Shown in pieces: positions 9,361 to 19,734 of a DNA stretch of 64,000 nt. Numbering within the stretch: the stretch's first letter is position 1; each line of letters starts with the position of its first letter. Below the pieces are notes generated by a model that was not told where the DNA came from, searched no databases, and saw nothing but the letters and a program-made list of their open reading frames with translations. The translations under genes and the position numbers were made by a program. Source of the stretch: Candidatus Melainabacteria bacterium GWF2_37_15. GTDB lineage: Bacteria > Cyanobacteriota > Vampirovibrionia > Gastranaerophilales > UBA9971. The stretch is taken from positions 660-64,659 of the forward strand of contig MFRL01000027.1 in assembly GCA_001784565.1 (NCBI GenBank), written 5' to 3'.

Positions 9361-10728
9361 ATGCATATAATTACGATGTTAGCTCTTTTGAGCGTTTTAA
9401 TACTGGTTCACGAATTCGGGCATTTTATCGTAGCAAGATGGCTCGGAATAAGGGTAGAAAGGTTTGGTTTCGGCCTTCCGTTCGGCCCCACTCTATATGA
9501 AACAAAGTGGGGAGAAACCAAAATTTGTATCCACGCCTTTTTGTTGGGCGGGTATGTATCATTTCCCGATGATGATCCTGAAAGTAAAATCCCAAAAGAC
9601 AGCCCGGAGCGAATATCCAATAAATCTGTATGGGAAAGGTTTCTGGTTGTTTCAGCCGGGGTTATTGCAAATGCTATAATTGCTTATTTTATAGTTTTAC
9701 TGGTTGCAGGAGGCTCTGGTGGAGTTCCTTCAGGTAAATATAATGTGTTTATTGAAGGAATACAGGAAGGCAAAGATTTGCCTGCACAGGAAATCGGTGT
9801 ACAATCCGGTGATAAAGTAGTATCAGTTAACAGCATCCCTGTTGATACACTGTTCAAGTTTGTGGAAACAGTGCAGCGCAGCAAAAGATTTAATGATTTT
9901 GTTTCTTATGGAACATATAATTCACAGTTGCAAAAAATTCAGGAATTAAACCCTGATCTGCCTAAAGAAGGCGTCATCCCGGCCGGAACCATGGTAAAAC
10001 TGCCAGCTGCTTCCCCGGAAGAGCCGGTAGATGTTCCGAAAGACATTTTTTCCGGTTATCAAAAATATAAACCAAATGGTAAATATTTAAATGGAGAAGA
10101 AAAAGAACTCAGGAGCAGTCTTGAAAATAAGCAGGAATATATTTCAGACGGCAATATGACTGTTCAGAGTCTTGCTGCTGCAACAGGCGACACAGTTCAC
10201 GCTATGAATATTATGGTTGAGAGAAACGATGAATTAATCAAGTTATCTCCTGTTTATCCTACTAAAGAAGGCGTTATTGGAGTAAAGCTTTCCATAGAAG
10301 AAATTAATACAACTGTTCAATCACCCGGTGATGCTGTGGTGAAATCCTGGAATTATCTCCATAGAAACGCAGCCTATATGGTTAAAGGCTTATGGATGAT
10401 AGTAACAGGGCAAATCCCTTTAAATGACCTGCATGGGATTGTTGCGGTCACAAAAATCGGAAGCGATATTATTGAACAAAAAGGTATATGGGACGGGTTA
10501 TTGTTGACCGCACTAATAAGCATTGACCTTGCTATAGTGAATTTGTTGCCTATACCGGCCTTAGACGGTGGGCATATAATGTTCCTGATGATTGAAAAGT
10601 TAAGAGGCAGGCCGGTTGAGGAAAAGACACAGGAAGCTTTTGCAAAATATGGTTTTGCTTTCCTTATAGGGCTGATGGTAATAATTATTTTTAATGATAT
10701 TTTTGCGCTTATAACCGATAAACTGTAA
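9361..10728 (+). CDS. rseP: RIP metalloprotease RseP (M50 site-2 protease)
   Basis: It has the HEFGHF zinc motif, a PDZ-like middle region and the C-terminal NLLPIPALDGGH motif. Confidence 0.85.
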   Translation: MHIITMLALLSVLILVHEFGHFIVARWLGIRVERFGFGLPFGPTLYETKWGETKICIHAFLLGGYVSFPDDDPESKIPKDSPERISNKSVWERFLVVSAGVIANAIIAYFIVLLVAGGSGGVPSGKYNVFIEGIQEGKDLPAQEIGVQSGDKVVSVNSIPVDTLFKFVETVQRSKRFNDFVSYGTYNSQLQKIQELNPDLPKEGVIPAGTMVKLPAASPEEPVDVPKDIFSGYQKYKPNGKYLNGEEKELRSSLENKQEYISDGNMTVQSLAAATGDTVHAMNIMVERNDELIKLSPVYPTKEGVIGVKLSIEEINTTVQSPGDAVVKSWNYLHRNAAYMVKGLWMIVTGQIPLNDLHGIVAVTKIGSDIIEQKGIWDGLLLTALISIDLAIVNLLPIPALDGGHIMFLMIEKLRGRPVEEKTQEAFAKYGFAFLIGLMVIIIFNDIFALITDKL

Positions 10729-10864
10729 AAATACTGAGGTTAAGGGTGCAGGACAGTCATCTTCCTGTTGTAGTTGTGCAAAATCATCTTGTAGTGGCTG
10801 TATTTAGGATTTATGTTATTATATTATTGATAGCTAGGATAAAGATGCTTAAAAGGTTAAATTT

Positions 10865-11488
10865 ATGACTGTCCTTAAGATTCTGACATACGGAAATGAA
10901 GTCCTAAGAACTCCCTCAAAGGAAGTGCATAAGGTTTCTGTAAAAATACAAAAAATTGTGGATGATTTGTTTGACACTATGTATTCATACGACAATGGTA
11001 TAGGGCTTGCTGCTCCGCAAATTGGTTATAATTACAGGATTTTTGTACTTGACCTGGCAAAAGATGGTGAACCACCTAATCCTGCTGTCTTTATAAATCC
11101 GAAAATTATTAAGAAATGGGGAGCTTTAAGCAGTTTTGAAGGATGTTTAAGTTTTCCTGATGTTTATACATACGTCAGGCGCTATGAAAATATTATAGTT
11201 AAAGCCCAGAACCTGAAAGGAAGATCTTTTACTTTAGAAGCAAAGAACGGCTCGCTTCTTTCCCGAGCGATTCAGCACGAATATGACCACCTTGAGGGGA
11301 TATTATTTGTAGATCATGCAAGAAGCAGGTTTGAAACAGATAAACTTCTAGCAGAAAAGGGGTTGCCTCAAATTAATTCTGATTATTTAATGGAAGAAGA
11401 AGAATTGGAAAAAGAAATTTTAGAAAAAGGAAGTAATAGTATTCAAAATGAAGATAATATTCCTCGGGATACCCCAAATTGCTGTTAA
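10865..11488 (+). CDS. def: Peptide deformylase (with acidic C-terminal extension)
   Basis: All three Def motifs are present: GIGLAAPQIG, EGCLSFP and HEYDHLEG. Confidence 0.95.
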   Translation: MTVLKILTYGNEVLRTPSKEVHKVSVKIQKIVDDLFDTMYSYDNGIGLAAPQIGYNYRIFVLDLAKDGEPPNPAVFINPKIIKKWGALSSFEGCLSFPDVYTYVRRYENIIVKAQNLKGRSFTLEAKNGSLLSRAIQHEYDHLEGILFVDHARSRFETDKLLAEKGLPQINSDYLMEEEELEKEILEKGSNSIQNEDNIPRDTPNCC

Positions 11489-11492
11489 ATCA

Positions 11493-11906
11493 TTAATTTA
11501 ATATTATTTTATCTTCAGCTATTTCTTCAGCTAATACTTCGACCCAGTCTATTACATTATCAAACAATGTAGTATCTTTTGCATAACCGCGCATAGCTTC
11601 AATTCTTCTAATAGTATGCGTGTTACCTTTGTTATCAGTTATCACTACAGCATCTAAGATTGGCACATCTTTTGATCTTTCTGCCTTTATGTTAAGTTCT
11701 GGCAATATAACATGAGAAACTTTTTTATCCATATCACACGTTATAGAAGCAGAATAATCCTTAAATTTTTTTCTACCTACATCCAAAGTTTCAAACTTTT
11801 TAAGTGCTTTTTCAAGGGCTGGAATATTATCCCTGGAATGATCGGCTACTCTCGCTCCTGGCTTCCCATAATTATAAACTCCTGTAAAGGATAAAGAATT
11901 AATCAT
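11493..11906 (-). CDS. Hypothetical protein (N-terminus MINSLSFTG), antisense insert between def and fmt
   Basis: 137-aa ORF. It shares two sequence blocks with the ORF at 52223-52486. Confidence 0.5.
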   Translation of the reverse strand: MINSLSFTGVYNYGKPGARVADHSRDNIPALEKALKKFETLDVGRKKFKDYSASITCDMDKKVSHVILPELNIKAERSKDVPILDAVVITDNKGNTHTIRRIEAMRGYAKDTTLFDNVIDWVEVLAEEIAEDKIILN

Positions 11907-12037
11907 ACTTGTAAACCTTTAAAATTAATCTAATATACTGTTTAAAAACTGAACAAAAAAAAACTTGATAGACAATTAATCAAATATAAATATTTATTTA
12001 CAATGACAGGAAAAATAAATTTAAGTAGAATAAAAAT

Positions 12038-12985
12038 ATGAAAATAATATTTCTCGGAACACCGCAGATTGCTGTTAAATCACTTGAGTGTTTAATTAAT
12101 AAAGACGATGTTGAAGTTGTTGCAGTTATAACCCAGCCTGACAAGCCTGCAGGTCGTGGTAAACATCTATGCGCCCCTCCTATTAAGCAAAAAGCGCAAG
12201 AATATAATATTCCTGTGTATCAACCTGTATCAATCAGGAAAGATTTGGAATTAATAAGTATTTTAAAGGAATTAAAACCTGATTTTTTTGTAACTTTTGC
12301 GTTTGGACAGATTTTAAGCCAGGAAGTTATCGATATTCCTAAATACGGCTGTATAAACCTTCATGCCTCGCTTCTCCCTAAATACCGAGGTGCAAATCCA
12401 ATCCAATCTGCCATTATAAATGGAGAAAAAAAGACCGGTATAACAACAATGCTGACTGAGTTGTCGCTTGATACAGGCCCGATTGTATTGCAGGAGGAAA
12501 TTGAACTCACTGATTCAATGGTGACAGGTGACTTGTGCGGTATTATTGCGCAGAGAAGCCCTGAATTAATATATAAAAGTCTTAAGGGGTTAAAAGATGG
12601 CATAATAGTTCCAACCCCGCAGGATTCAAATCAGGCAACTTATACACCAAAGCTGAAAAAAGAAGATGGATTGATTGACTGGGCTGAGTCAGCGCAGTCA
12701 ATCCACAATAAAGTGCGGGGATTAAAGCCTTGGCCTGAGGCTTTCACTTATATAAAGAACACCTGCATTAAAATTACCGAAACAAAATTAAATTCTGAAA
12801 AAATTATTAAATCCGGGGCAGTTGGCGAAATATTATGTAAAATAAAAGATGGAATACTTGTTCAGACAGGCGAAGACTCAATAATAGTAACACGTGTGCA
12901 GCCTGCCTGTAAAAAAGAACAGGATGCAGTTTCCTGGTACAATGGGGCCAGATTGCAGGAAGGGGAAGGATTTAAAGGAGGTTAA
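12038..12985 (+). CDS. fmt: Methionyl-tRNA formyltransferase
   Basis: MKIIFLGTP, TQPDKPAGRG, INLHASLLPKYRGANP. Confidence 0.95.
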   Translation: MKIIFLGTPQIAVKSLECLINKDDVEVVAVITQPDKPAGRGKHLCAPPIKQKAQEYNIPVYQPVSIRKDLELISILKELKPDFFVTFAFGQILSQEVIDIPKYGCINLHASLLPKYRGANPIQSAIINGEKKTGITTMLTELSLDTGPIVLQEEIELTDSMVTGDLCGIIAQRSPELIYKSLKGLKDGIIVPTPQDSNQATYTPKLKKEDGLIDWAESAQSIHNKVRGLKPWPEAFTYIKNTCIKITETKLNSEKIIKSGAVGEILCKIKDGILVQTGEDSIIVTRVQPACKKEQDAVSWYNGARLQEGEGFKGG

Positions 12986-12991
12986 ACCATA

Positions 12992-13708
12992 ATGTTTTTC
13001 TATAGTCCTGAATACATGTTCATAGCTTTAATAGGAATGGTGATAGTTTTTATCCCACAAATGCTTGTTAAAAGCACATATTCGAAATATGCGCGCGTTA
13101 AAGCTTCCAGAAATATGACTGGCGCTGAAGTCGCAAAATCTATGTTAGAAAATGCAGGAGTGCACGACGTTCATGTTGAACCTGTAGGCGGTGAACTCAC
13201 AGACCACTATGACCCGACAAAAAAAATATTAAGACTCTCAGAAAACATATATCACGGCAATTCAATCTCTGCATACGGAATAGCAGCACATGAAGTCGGC
13301 CACGCTATACAGGATAACAAAGGTTATATGCCAATGCGGCTGAGGGCAGGAATTTTCCCTGCTGTGCAAACAGGTCAGGTACTCGGCCCATTGCTTATTA
13401 TGGCAGGCTTGGGTCTTAGATACGCAGCAGGCATGGGTGAATTTACCAATATGATAGCGCTTGCAGGTATTGCTCTGTATGGATCAGTCGTACTTTTCCA
13501 TATAGTTACCCTTCCTGTTGAGTTCAACGCCAGCTCCCGGGCTATTAGAGTACTTGCTGACGGAGGTTATCTTGTTGATAACAAGGAAGTCGACGGCGCT
13601 AAAAAGGTTTTTACAGCAGCTGCGCTGACTTATGTTGCGGTAGCCCTGTATGCACTTATAGAGCTCCTTTACTGGGTCTGGATATTTTTCGGACGCAGAA
13701 GGGATTAG
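12992..13708 (+). CDS. YugP-like zinc metallopeptidase (membrane)
   Basis: It has the HEVGHAIQ motif, and TM segments at both ends as in the Zn_peptidase_2 family. Confidence 0.8.
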   Translation: MFFYSPEYMFIALIGMVIVFIPQMLVKSTYSKYARVKASRNMTGAEVAKSMLENAGVHDVHVEPVGGELTDHYDPTKKILRLSENIYHGNSISAYGIAAHEVGHAIQDNKGYMPMRLRAGIFPAVQTGQVLGPLLIMAGLGLRYAAGMGEFTNMIALAGIALYGSVVLFHIVTLPVEFNASSRAIRVLADGGYLVDNKEVDGAKKVFTAAALTYVAVALYALIELLYWVWIFFGRRRD

Positions 13709-13718
13709 ATAAAAATTT

Positions 13719-14507
13719 TTAATATATATTGCATTTTCCGTTGCAAAAGGCCTGCTCAAGCTCTGGCATAATGCTTTTGTGTGTCATCTCAAACGTAATT
13801 GGGGTTATAGATATTTTATTGTTCCTGATTGCAGTTACATCAGAGGTTTCATCCTCTTCCGTGTCAGTTAATTCCCCTGCGAGCCAGTAATACACTTTAC
13901 CCCGCGGGTCAATACGTTTTTCATATTTGTCTGTGTACATACGTGTCCCGAGTTTGGTAATCTGGATTCCGGTAATTCCTTTTGAATTCACGGTCGGAAT
14001 ATTTATATTGAGGATAGTTTTCTTTGGGAAATTTATTTCGGCAATTTTTGGCACAAATTTTGCTATGAAATTCGCGCTATAAGCAAGATCTGTAGAATCA
14101 TAACCAATATCGCATAATGATACTGCTATACTTGGATAGCCAAGCACTGCTCCTTCCATTGCAGCGCTGACTGTGCCGGAATACAATATATCCGCCCCAA
14201 GGTTCGGGCCGTTATTAATACCTGAAATAAGCAGATCAGGCTTTTTATCCAGAATTGATGTGTTTAATGCTAATTTTACGCAGTCCCCTGGCGTACCATT
14301 GGTTGCCCAGGCTTTTATGTTTTTATCAAAGCCAATTTCTGTTTCCTCTAACCTCAAAGGATGGTGCAGAGTTAAGGAATGGCCGGCAGCACTTCTTTCC
14401 CTGTCAGGCGCCACCACATAAACTTCATGTTCATTAGCCAGTCTCTGGGCTAAAGTTCTTATTCCCAGAGATTGTATTCCGTCATCATTACAAAGCAATA
14501 TTCGCAT
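13719..14507 (-). CDS. surE: 5'/3'-nucleotidase SurE
   Basis: MRILLCNDDGI, SGINNGPNLG, YSGTVSAAMEG. Confidence 0.95.
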   Translation of the reverse strand: MRILLCNDDGIQSLGIRTLAQRLANEHEVYVVAPDRERSAAGHSLTLHHPLRLEETEIGFDKNIKAWATNGTPGDCVKLALNTSILDKKPDLLISGINNGPNLGADILYSGTVSAAMEGAVLGYPSIAVSLCDIGYDSTDLAYSANFIAKFVPKIAEINFPKKTILNINIPTVNSKGITGIQITKLGTRMYTDKYEKRIDPRGKVYYWLAGELTDTEEDETSDVTAIRNNKISITPITFEMTHKSIMPELEQAFCNGKCNIY

Positions 14508-14561
14508 ACTTTATTTTACCTTTTACATACTGAAATATCTTACAAATTATATTATCGGCAA

Positions 14562-15182
14562 TTAAGAAATTTTCTTTGCTTTTAAATACTTAATTTCTTC
14601 ATCAAAGCATAACTTAATTATCCTGTTCCTTTCTGTTTCGCTAATGTCTGTGAAAAGTATAACAGACGCAACATTCCTGCCCTGCAATAGGGTGTATAGA
14701 ACCCGTCCTATTCCTTTTATAACCATTCCATCAGGAAGAAACAGGGAAAATACCCACCTGTCTTCAGCTTTAAATTCCTCGTCCGCAAAGAATCTTATGC
14801 CGCCTCCACCTATGTTTATTGTCCTTGTTTCAAAGTTTACATCCCCTTTTTTTAAAGTTAATCTGAGGCTTATAGGAGCTCTTACATATTCTCTTCTTTG
14901 AATTTTCTTTTTTTCCACCGGTAGTTCAATCACAAAATCATGTTCCAAAGGAGAGTTTATAACTATTGAATCAAATGCAAAAATTCCTGAATCTGAGTAT
15001 ATTACAGCCTCGATTTCCCTGCCTTCAGGCAGGTCTCTTATAATATCCATCCTGTCCTGTGGGAAAACAAGGCCTATTCTGTCATTTTCTACCCATTTTA
15101 TAGTACAGGAAATGTTTTCCTCTTTAACAAAAGGCATAATAAATTTTATTTTCACTATGTTCCCGTTTTGCAGCTCTTTCAT
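14562..15182 (-). CDS. PilZ domain protein (YcgR-like, putative c-di-GMP receptor)
   Basis: PilZ motifs are present: RREYVR (RxxxR) and NIGGGGIRF (the D/NxSxxG variant). An N-terminal beta-rich domain is also present. Confidence 0.7.
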   Translation of the reverse strand: MKELQNGNIVKIKFIMPFVKEENISCTIKWVENDRIGLVFPQDRMDIIRDLPEGREIEAVIYSDSGIFAFDSIVINSPLEHDFVIELPVEKKKIQRREYVRAPISLRLTLKKGDVNFETRTINIGGGGIRFFADEEFKAEDRWVFSLFLPDGMVIKGIGRVLYTLLQGRNVASVILFTDISETERNRIIKLCFDEEIKYLKAKKIS

Positions 15183-15206
15183 TTCAGCCCTTTTATTTCA
15201 GCCTTT

Positions 15207-16214
15207 TTATTTCAGATTATAAGAGTCCTCTTTTTTTAGTTTTCTTGACATAATTTTTTGAACTATTTCATCAGGGGTTATATTAGTATAAACAGCCTCG
15301 TAAACAGCGCAGGAAAGCGGGGTTTCTATGCCAAGTTTTTTGGACAATTCGACAACTGCTTTTGAAGTTTTAACCCCTTCTGCTACTGTACCTATTTCTT
15401 TAAGGATGTCCTCAAGTTTTTTGCCCTTCCCGAGCATATAGCCAACCTGAAAATTCCTGCTTAAAGGGCTGGTACAGGTTGCGATAAGGTCGCCAACTCC
15501 TGCCAATCCGTATAGAGTACTTGGGTTAGCTCCTAAGGCAACACTTATCCTGACCATTTCAGCCAGTCCTCTGGTAAGAAGAGCTCCCTTGGCATTATCA
15601 CCAAACTGCATGGCTTCAATAAATCCTGATGCTATAGCTATAACGTTTTTCAGGCTGCCGCCGAGTTCAACGCCAATTATGTCTGAATTACTGTAAAGCC
15701 TGAATTTTTCAGAAACACTGAATTTTTCGCGAAGTAAATTTGCGATCTCCATTTTTTCACAGGCAATAGCGGCTGCTGTGGGTAGTCCTTTCAGTACTTC
15801 TTTTGCTAGTGTGGGCCCTGCAAGTGTTGCAACAGTGTTGTCAGGTAATTCCTGACTGATAACCTCACTCATTCTGTATGGCCCGGGCAAATCAAGCCCT
15901 TTCGATGCATTTACCAGTATTTGATCAGGAGTGAGGCCCACTTCTTTAAGCCGCTGGCATACTGACCTTAAGGCAGCAGAAGAAACAACACAAAGGATGA
16001 TTTCCGCGTCTTTTATTGCTTCCTGCAAGTTTGAGGTAATTTTTACTTTATCATCAAGCCGCACTTCTACAGGAAAAGTGACAGATTTTGTATTTATGAG
16101 TTCATCTGTTAAATCTTCTTCTCTTGACCAAAGGTAGACTTCGTCAAAATTTTCTGTTAAAAGCCAAGTGAGTGTTAATCCCCAGCTACCCGCACCTAGA
16201 ACCGCTAATTTCAT
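15207..16214 (-). CDS. gpsA: NAD(P)H-dependent glycerol-3-phosphate dehydrogenase
   Basis: It has the GAGSWG Rossmann motif, and GLAGVGDL plus TC.S..SRN motifs. Confidence 0.95.
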   Translation of the reverse strand: MKLAVLGAGSWGLTLTWLLTENFDEVYLWSREEDLTDELINTKSVTFPVEVRLDDKVKITSNLQEAIKDAEIILCVVSSAALRSVCQRLKEVGLTPDQILVNASKGLDLPGPYRMSEVISQELPDNTVATLAGPTLAKEVLKGLPTAAAIACEKMEIANLLREKFSVSEKFRLYSNSDIIGVELGGSLKNVIAIASGFIEAMQFGDNAKGALLTRGLAEMVRISVALGANPSTLYGLAGVGDLIATCTSPLSRNFQVGYMLGKGKKLEDILKEIGTVAEGVKTSKAVVELSKKLGIETPLSCAVYEAVYTNITPDEIVQKIMSRKLKKEDSYNLK

Positions 16215-17181
16215 TAAAAGTTTTCTCCACTTCCTCCAATGTAATACATCTTACCAGTTTAAACCTGTATTGACCAGCATTTCTAATATTTTTTACATAA
16301 TAAGCAAAAAATTTCCGCATATGCTTAATACCTGCTTCTTCACCCCTGTATTCAACTTCATTTTGGCAATGAATTAAGGCTGTTTTTAATCTTTTTTCCA
16401 GTTCAGGAGGAGGTTCGATCTTTCCAGCTTCAATGTAAGTTTCGATTCTGGCAATAAGCCCCGGATCGCCTAATATTCCCCGGCCTACAGCAATACCGTC
16501 ACAACCTGATATTTGCAGGCATTCGCCTGCTTTTTCAGGGGAATCTATGTCACCATTGCCGATAACAGGAATATTTACGGCCTGTTTTACCTGTGCAATA
16601 GCGTGCCAGTCAGCGTCTCCTGAATACATCTGAGATCGTGTCCTGCCATGTATAATTATTGCATCTGCGCCGCTGGATTCAGCCATTTTAGCGAATTCCA
16701 GGTAGTTTTTTGTGTTGCAATCCCAACCGAGCCTGCACTTTACAGTAACAGGTATTTTTACAGAATTCTTAACTGCTGTTATTATGTGTGAAGCTAGGGA
16801 TAAATCAGTCATTAACCTTACCCCGTCAAAGTTTTTTACGATTTTAGGAGCGGGACAGCCCATATTTATATCAATAAAAGTAGCCTTATCTTCTAATTTT
16901 TGTGCTGCTTCAGCCATAATTTCCGGTATGTGGCCTGAAATTTGGAAGGAAAGAGGAAATTCAGCTTCATTATAGTCAGTAATACCCTGCTGGTTGTTGT
17001 ATTTAAGGGACTGTGAGCTTACCATTTCGCTCATTAGCAGGCAATTTTTGCTTTCTTTTCTGACAAGACTGCGCAGCACAGTATCGGTAAAATCCGCCAT
17101 CGGCGCCAGAACCACTCGGCTGTTCAAATTTACAGTGCCAATTGTTAAGTTTCTTAATGTTTTTGCTTTTTCGGATTGCAT
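16186..17181 (-). CDS. dusB: tRNA-dihydrouridine synthase
   Basis: LAPMADFTD, IDINMGCP, HGRTR motifs. It overlaps the gpsA start by 29 nt. Confidence 0.85.
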   Translation of the reverse strand: MQSEKAKTLRNLTIGTVNLNSRVVLAPMADFTDTVLRSLVRKESKNCLLMSEMVSSQSLKYNNQQGITDYNEAEFPLSFQISGHIPEIMAEAAQKLEDKATFIDINMGCPAPKIVKNFDGVRLMTDLSLASHIITAVKNSVKIPVTVKCRLGWDCNTKNYLEFAKMAESSGADAIIIHGRTRSQMYSGDADWHAIAQVKQAVNIPVIGNGDIDSPEKAGECLQISGCDGIAVGRGILGDPGLIARIETYIEAGKIEPPPELEKRLKTALIHCQNEVEYRGEEAGIKHMRKFFAYYVKNIRNAGQYRFKLVRCITLEEVEKTFNEISGSRCG

Positions 17182-17237
17182 GGGGATTATATTTTGTCTA
17201 GTATATTAATAACTCCTTTCTATAATAATATAAAAAC

Positions 17238-17289
17238 AAATGAGGCAGACACAAAAAGGCTAAAAAGCCGTTAATGTTTTGCCTCATTT
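17238..17289 (-). terminator. Hairpin terminator candidate downstream of the TPR gene
   Basis: 10-bp stem AAATGAGGCA/TGCCTCATTT encloses an inner GGC/GCC hairpin. On the minus strand it is followed by GTTTTTA. Confidence 0.5.
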
Positions 17290-17318
17290 TGAATATTTTA
17301 TCAACAAAAAATTAGATT

Positions 17319-19520
17319 TTATAATTGGGAAACCCTCTCCCTTGCATACTTTACATATTCATCCTGCTGGTCCGGGGATTTTTCTATATACTTCCTGTAC
17401 CATTTTTTGGCTTCAGGATAATTTTTTAGCGTGTCATAATCCACTGCGAGCAAATAATATGCCATTACCAGTTCAGGATTGTATTTAACTGTAAGAGCAT
17501 AATCACTAATGGCGAGCGGATATTTTTTCATTGCATCATAAACCATGCCACGTTGGTAGTATGCCTCAGCATTTGTAGAATCTTTTATAAGCACTGTATT
17601 TATAGTTAAAAGTGCTTCTTTATATTTGCCCTGGTTATATTCAAGGATTCCTTTTTCAAGCAGGTTATTTGACGTAAGCTGATTTAGCGACGCAATTGCC
17701 TTTTTTATATCTTCGTTATTTGGGTCTAATGCGAGGGCTTGCTTGTAAGCTTTCAGGGCTTTTTCATAGTTTTCCTGTTGGGCATAAGCGGCTCCAAGAT
17801 AATGATAGGCAGTTGAGTTTTTAGCATTAATCTGAACAGCTTTTTGATACGCTTCTATAGCTTCCTGATTTTTATCTGAAGCCTGGTAAGCAGCCCCGAG
17901 ATTTACGTACAAATCACTATCCGGCTCACTTATCTCTATAATTTTCTTATATTCTTCTATTGCTTCGGTATATTTCCCATTAGTGTGCATTTCCAAGGCT
18001 TTTTGATACCTTACAGTCGCTGCTTCTGAGTCTATTATGGAAATCATATCATTAATTTTCTTGTTATCCGGCATAATTTTTTTGGCGTCTCTGAGCACGG
18101 CAACCCCTAGATCCGGCTGGTTCTTCTCTTTATATATCGTGGCTATGTTTAAATAGGCATCAGTATGTTTAGGGTCTATTTTTATGGTTCTTTGATAATA
18201 ATCTAATGCTTCATCCGGTCTGTTAACGGAGTGAAGATAATAGGCAAATTTATACTGCGCTACCGGGTCGTTAGGATTATTATTTGCAAACATTGATAAT
18301 GTACTGAGAATATCGTTTTTATTTGGGAAAAGCATGACAGTTTCAAAAAGCGCATTTTTGGCCATGGAATTCCCGCTGTCTTTTCTTAAAACAAGCTGGA
18401 ATTCATTTATTGCCTCGTCTAACCTGCCCATTTCTTTTAGTGCTGTGCCTTTATAATAATGGGCAAGAACATTATCCGGCAATACCTGAAGAATTGTATC
18501 ATATGCTCTTAATGCGGTTACATATTGTTTTTTCGCCTGGAATAAAGTACCAAGATTGAGTCGTGTAGTAACATCATTTGGGTTAATTGATTCGGAAATC
18601 CTGTATTCTCTTAAAGCTCCTTCAAGGTCGCCCTTTTTTTGGAGAACCACGCCCAAATTCATATGTGCAGAAGCATCACGAGGTTGAGCCTTAATTTTTT
18701 CTATCCAGATATATTCAAGGTCACGTAATATTTCATTTTTTTGGCTATCTTTACTGGTATTTAATGCTACGTTAAATTCCTTTACTGCTGCTTCATTGTT
18801 TCCTGAATCTTGCAGTGCCCTTGCATATTTTAAATGCAGTTCAGGCCGATTTTGTGCGTTCGGATTGTTTAAAAGAGCCTTTTTATAATAATCAACAGCT
18901 AATTTGCCTTTTTGAATCGCCACATAAATATCGCCGACAGATTCATAAATTTCAGGGTTATTTTCTTTTTTCAGTGCTTCGTTGTATTCCACAATTGCTT
19001 CGGTAAATTTACCTTGTCCGCGAAGGACTTTTGCTATTTTTAACCTGGAACTCGTCTTTGCTGTATCAATTGCACTGTTAAGATTGGTTTCTGCTATGTA
19101 TAAATTTTCTTCTTCGAGTTTGGATGCCAGTTTGTATCCATCATATTTAAGGTAATAAATGGCATTTCTATAATCATTTGCAGCTTGATCCAGGCTTGAT
19201 TTCTGGTTAAAAAAGTAGCTGCCTCTGTTTATATATGCAACTGCCAGGTTTATTCTTGTTGTAGACCTCTCAGGAGCAAGCTCCAGGGCTCTTTTTAGGG
19301 AGTCAATAGCTTTACTGAACTCGTTTGCTCTGTAGTATTCCATTCCTCTTTTATAATACACGTCACTTTCATCAAGATATTGAGTGTAATTTGCCTCATT
19401 GTTTGTAATATCCTCGAAAGATTCAGGATAAGGCAGGCTTGCTGCAAGTCCCATAGAATTAAAAGTTGAAAAAAGGATTATAATACCTGAAGCTTTGACA
19501 ATGAAATTCTTTTTTCTCAT
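17319..19520 (-). CDS. Secreted multi-TPR repeat protein
   Basis: It has an N-terminal signal-like segment, followed by more than 15 TPR-like 34-aa repeats (A..Y....L..P....A...LG). Confidence 0.7.
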   Translation of the reverse strand: MRKKNFIVKASGIIILFSTFNSMGLAASLPYPESFEDITNNEANYTQYLDESDVYYKRGMEYYRANEFSKAIDSLKRALELAPERSTTRINLAVAYINRGSYFFNQKSSLDQAANDYRNAIYYLKYDGYKLASKLEEENLYIAETNLNSAIDTAKTSSRLKIAKVLRGQGKFTEAIVEYNEALKKENNPEIYESVGDIYVAIQKGKLAVDYYKKALLNNPNAQNRPELHLKYARALQDSGNNEAAVKEFNVALNTSKDSQKNEILRDLEYIWIEKIKAQPRDASAHMNLGVVLQKKGDLEGALREYRISESINPNDVTTRLNLGTLFQAKKQYVTALRAYDTILQVLPDNVLAHYYKGTALKEMGRLDEAINEFQLVLRKDSGNSMAKNALFETVMLFPNKNDILSTLSMFANNNPNDPVAQYKFAYYLHSVNRPDEALDYYQRTIKIDPKHTDAYLNIATIYKEKNQPDLGVAVLRDAKKIMPDNKKINDMISIIDSEAATVRYQKALEMHTNGKYTEAIEEYKKIIEISEPDSDLYVNLGAAYQASDKNQEAIEAYQKAVQINAKNSTAYHYLGAAYAQQENYEKALKAYKQALALDPNNEDIKKAIASLNQLTSNNLLEKGILEYNQGKYKEALLTINTVLIKDSTNAEAYYQRGMVYDAMKKYPLAISDYALTVKYNPELVMAYYLLAVDYDTLKNYPEAKKWYRKYIEKSPDQQDEYVKYARERVSQL

Positions 19521-19670
19521 CTGGTCGTCCTCATAATGGATAAAGATATTTTAACACAATCCATCATTGTCATTCTGAGGACATTTTTTCAAAAAATGGA
19601 CACTGCAAAAAAAATCATTATTAATAATTTCAGGAAATGGGAAAATTTTTACATAACTTTACAAAAAACC

Positions 19671-19697
19671 TAAAGTATTACTTGAATTTGCCGATAA
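19671..19697 (+). promoter_or_regulatory. Sigma-28 (FliA) promoter, TAAAGTAT-N11-GCCGATAA
   Basis: 15 of 16 positions match the enterobacterial consensus TAAAGTTT-N11-GCCGATAA. The -10 box ends 38 nt upstream of the ATG at 19735. Confidence 0.75.
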
Positions 19698-19734
19698 ACA
19701 AATTAAGTACGCTCATAAACATGGAGAAAAGATA

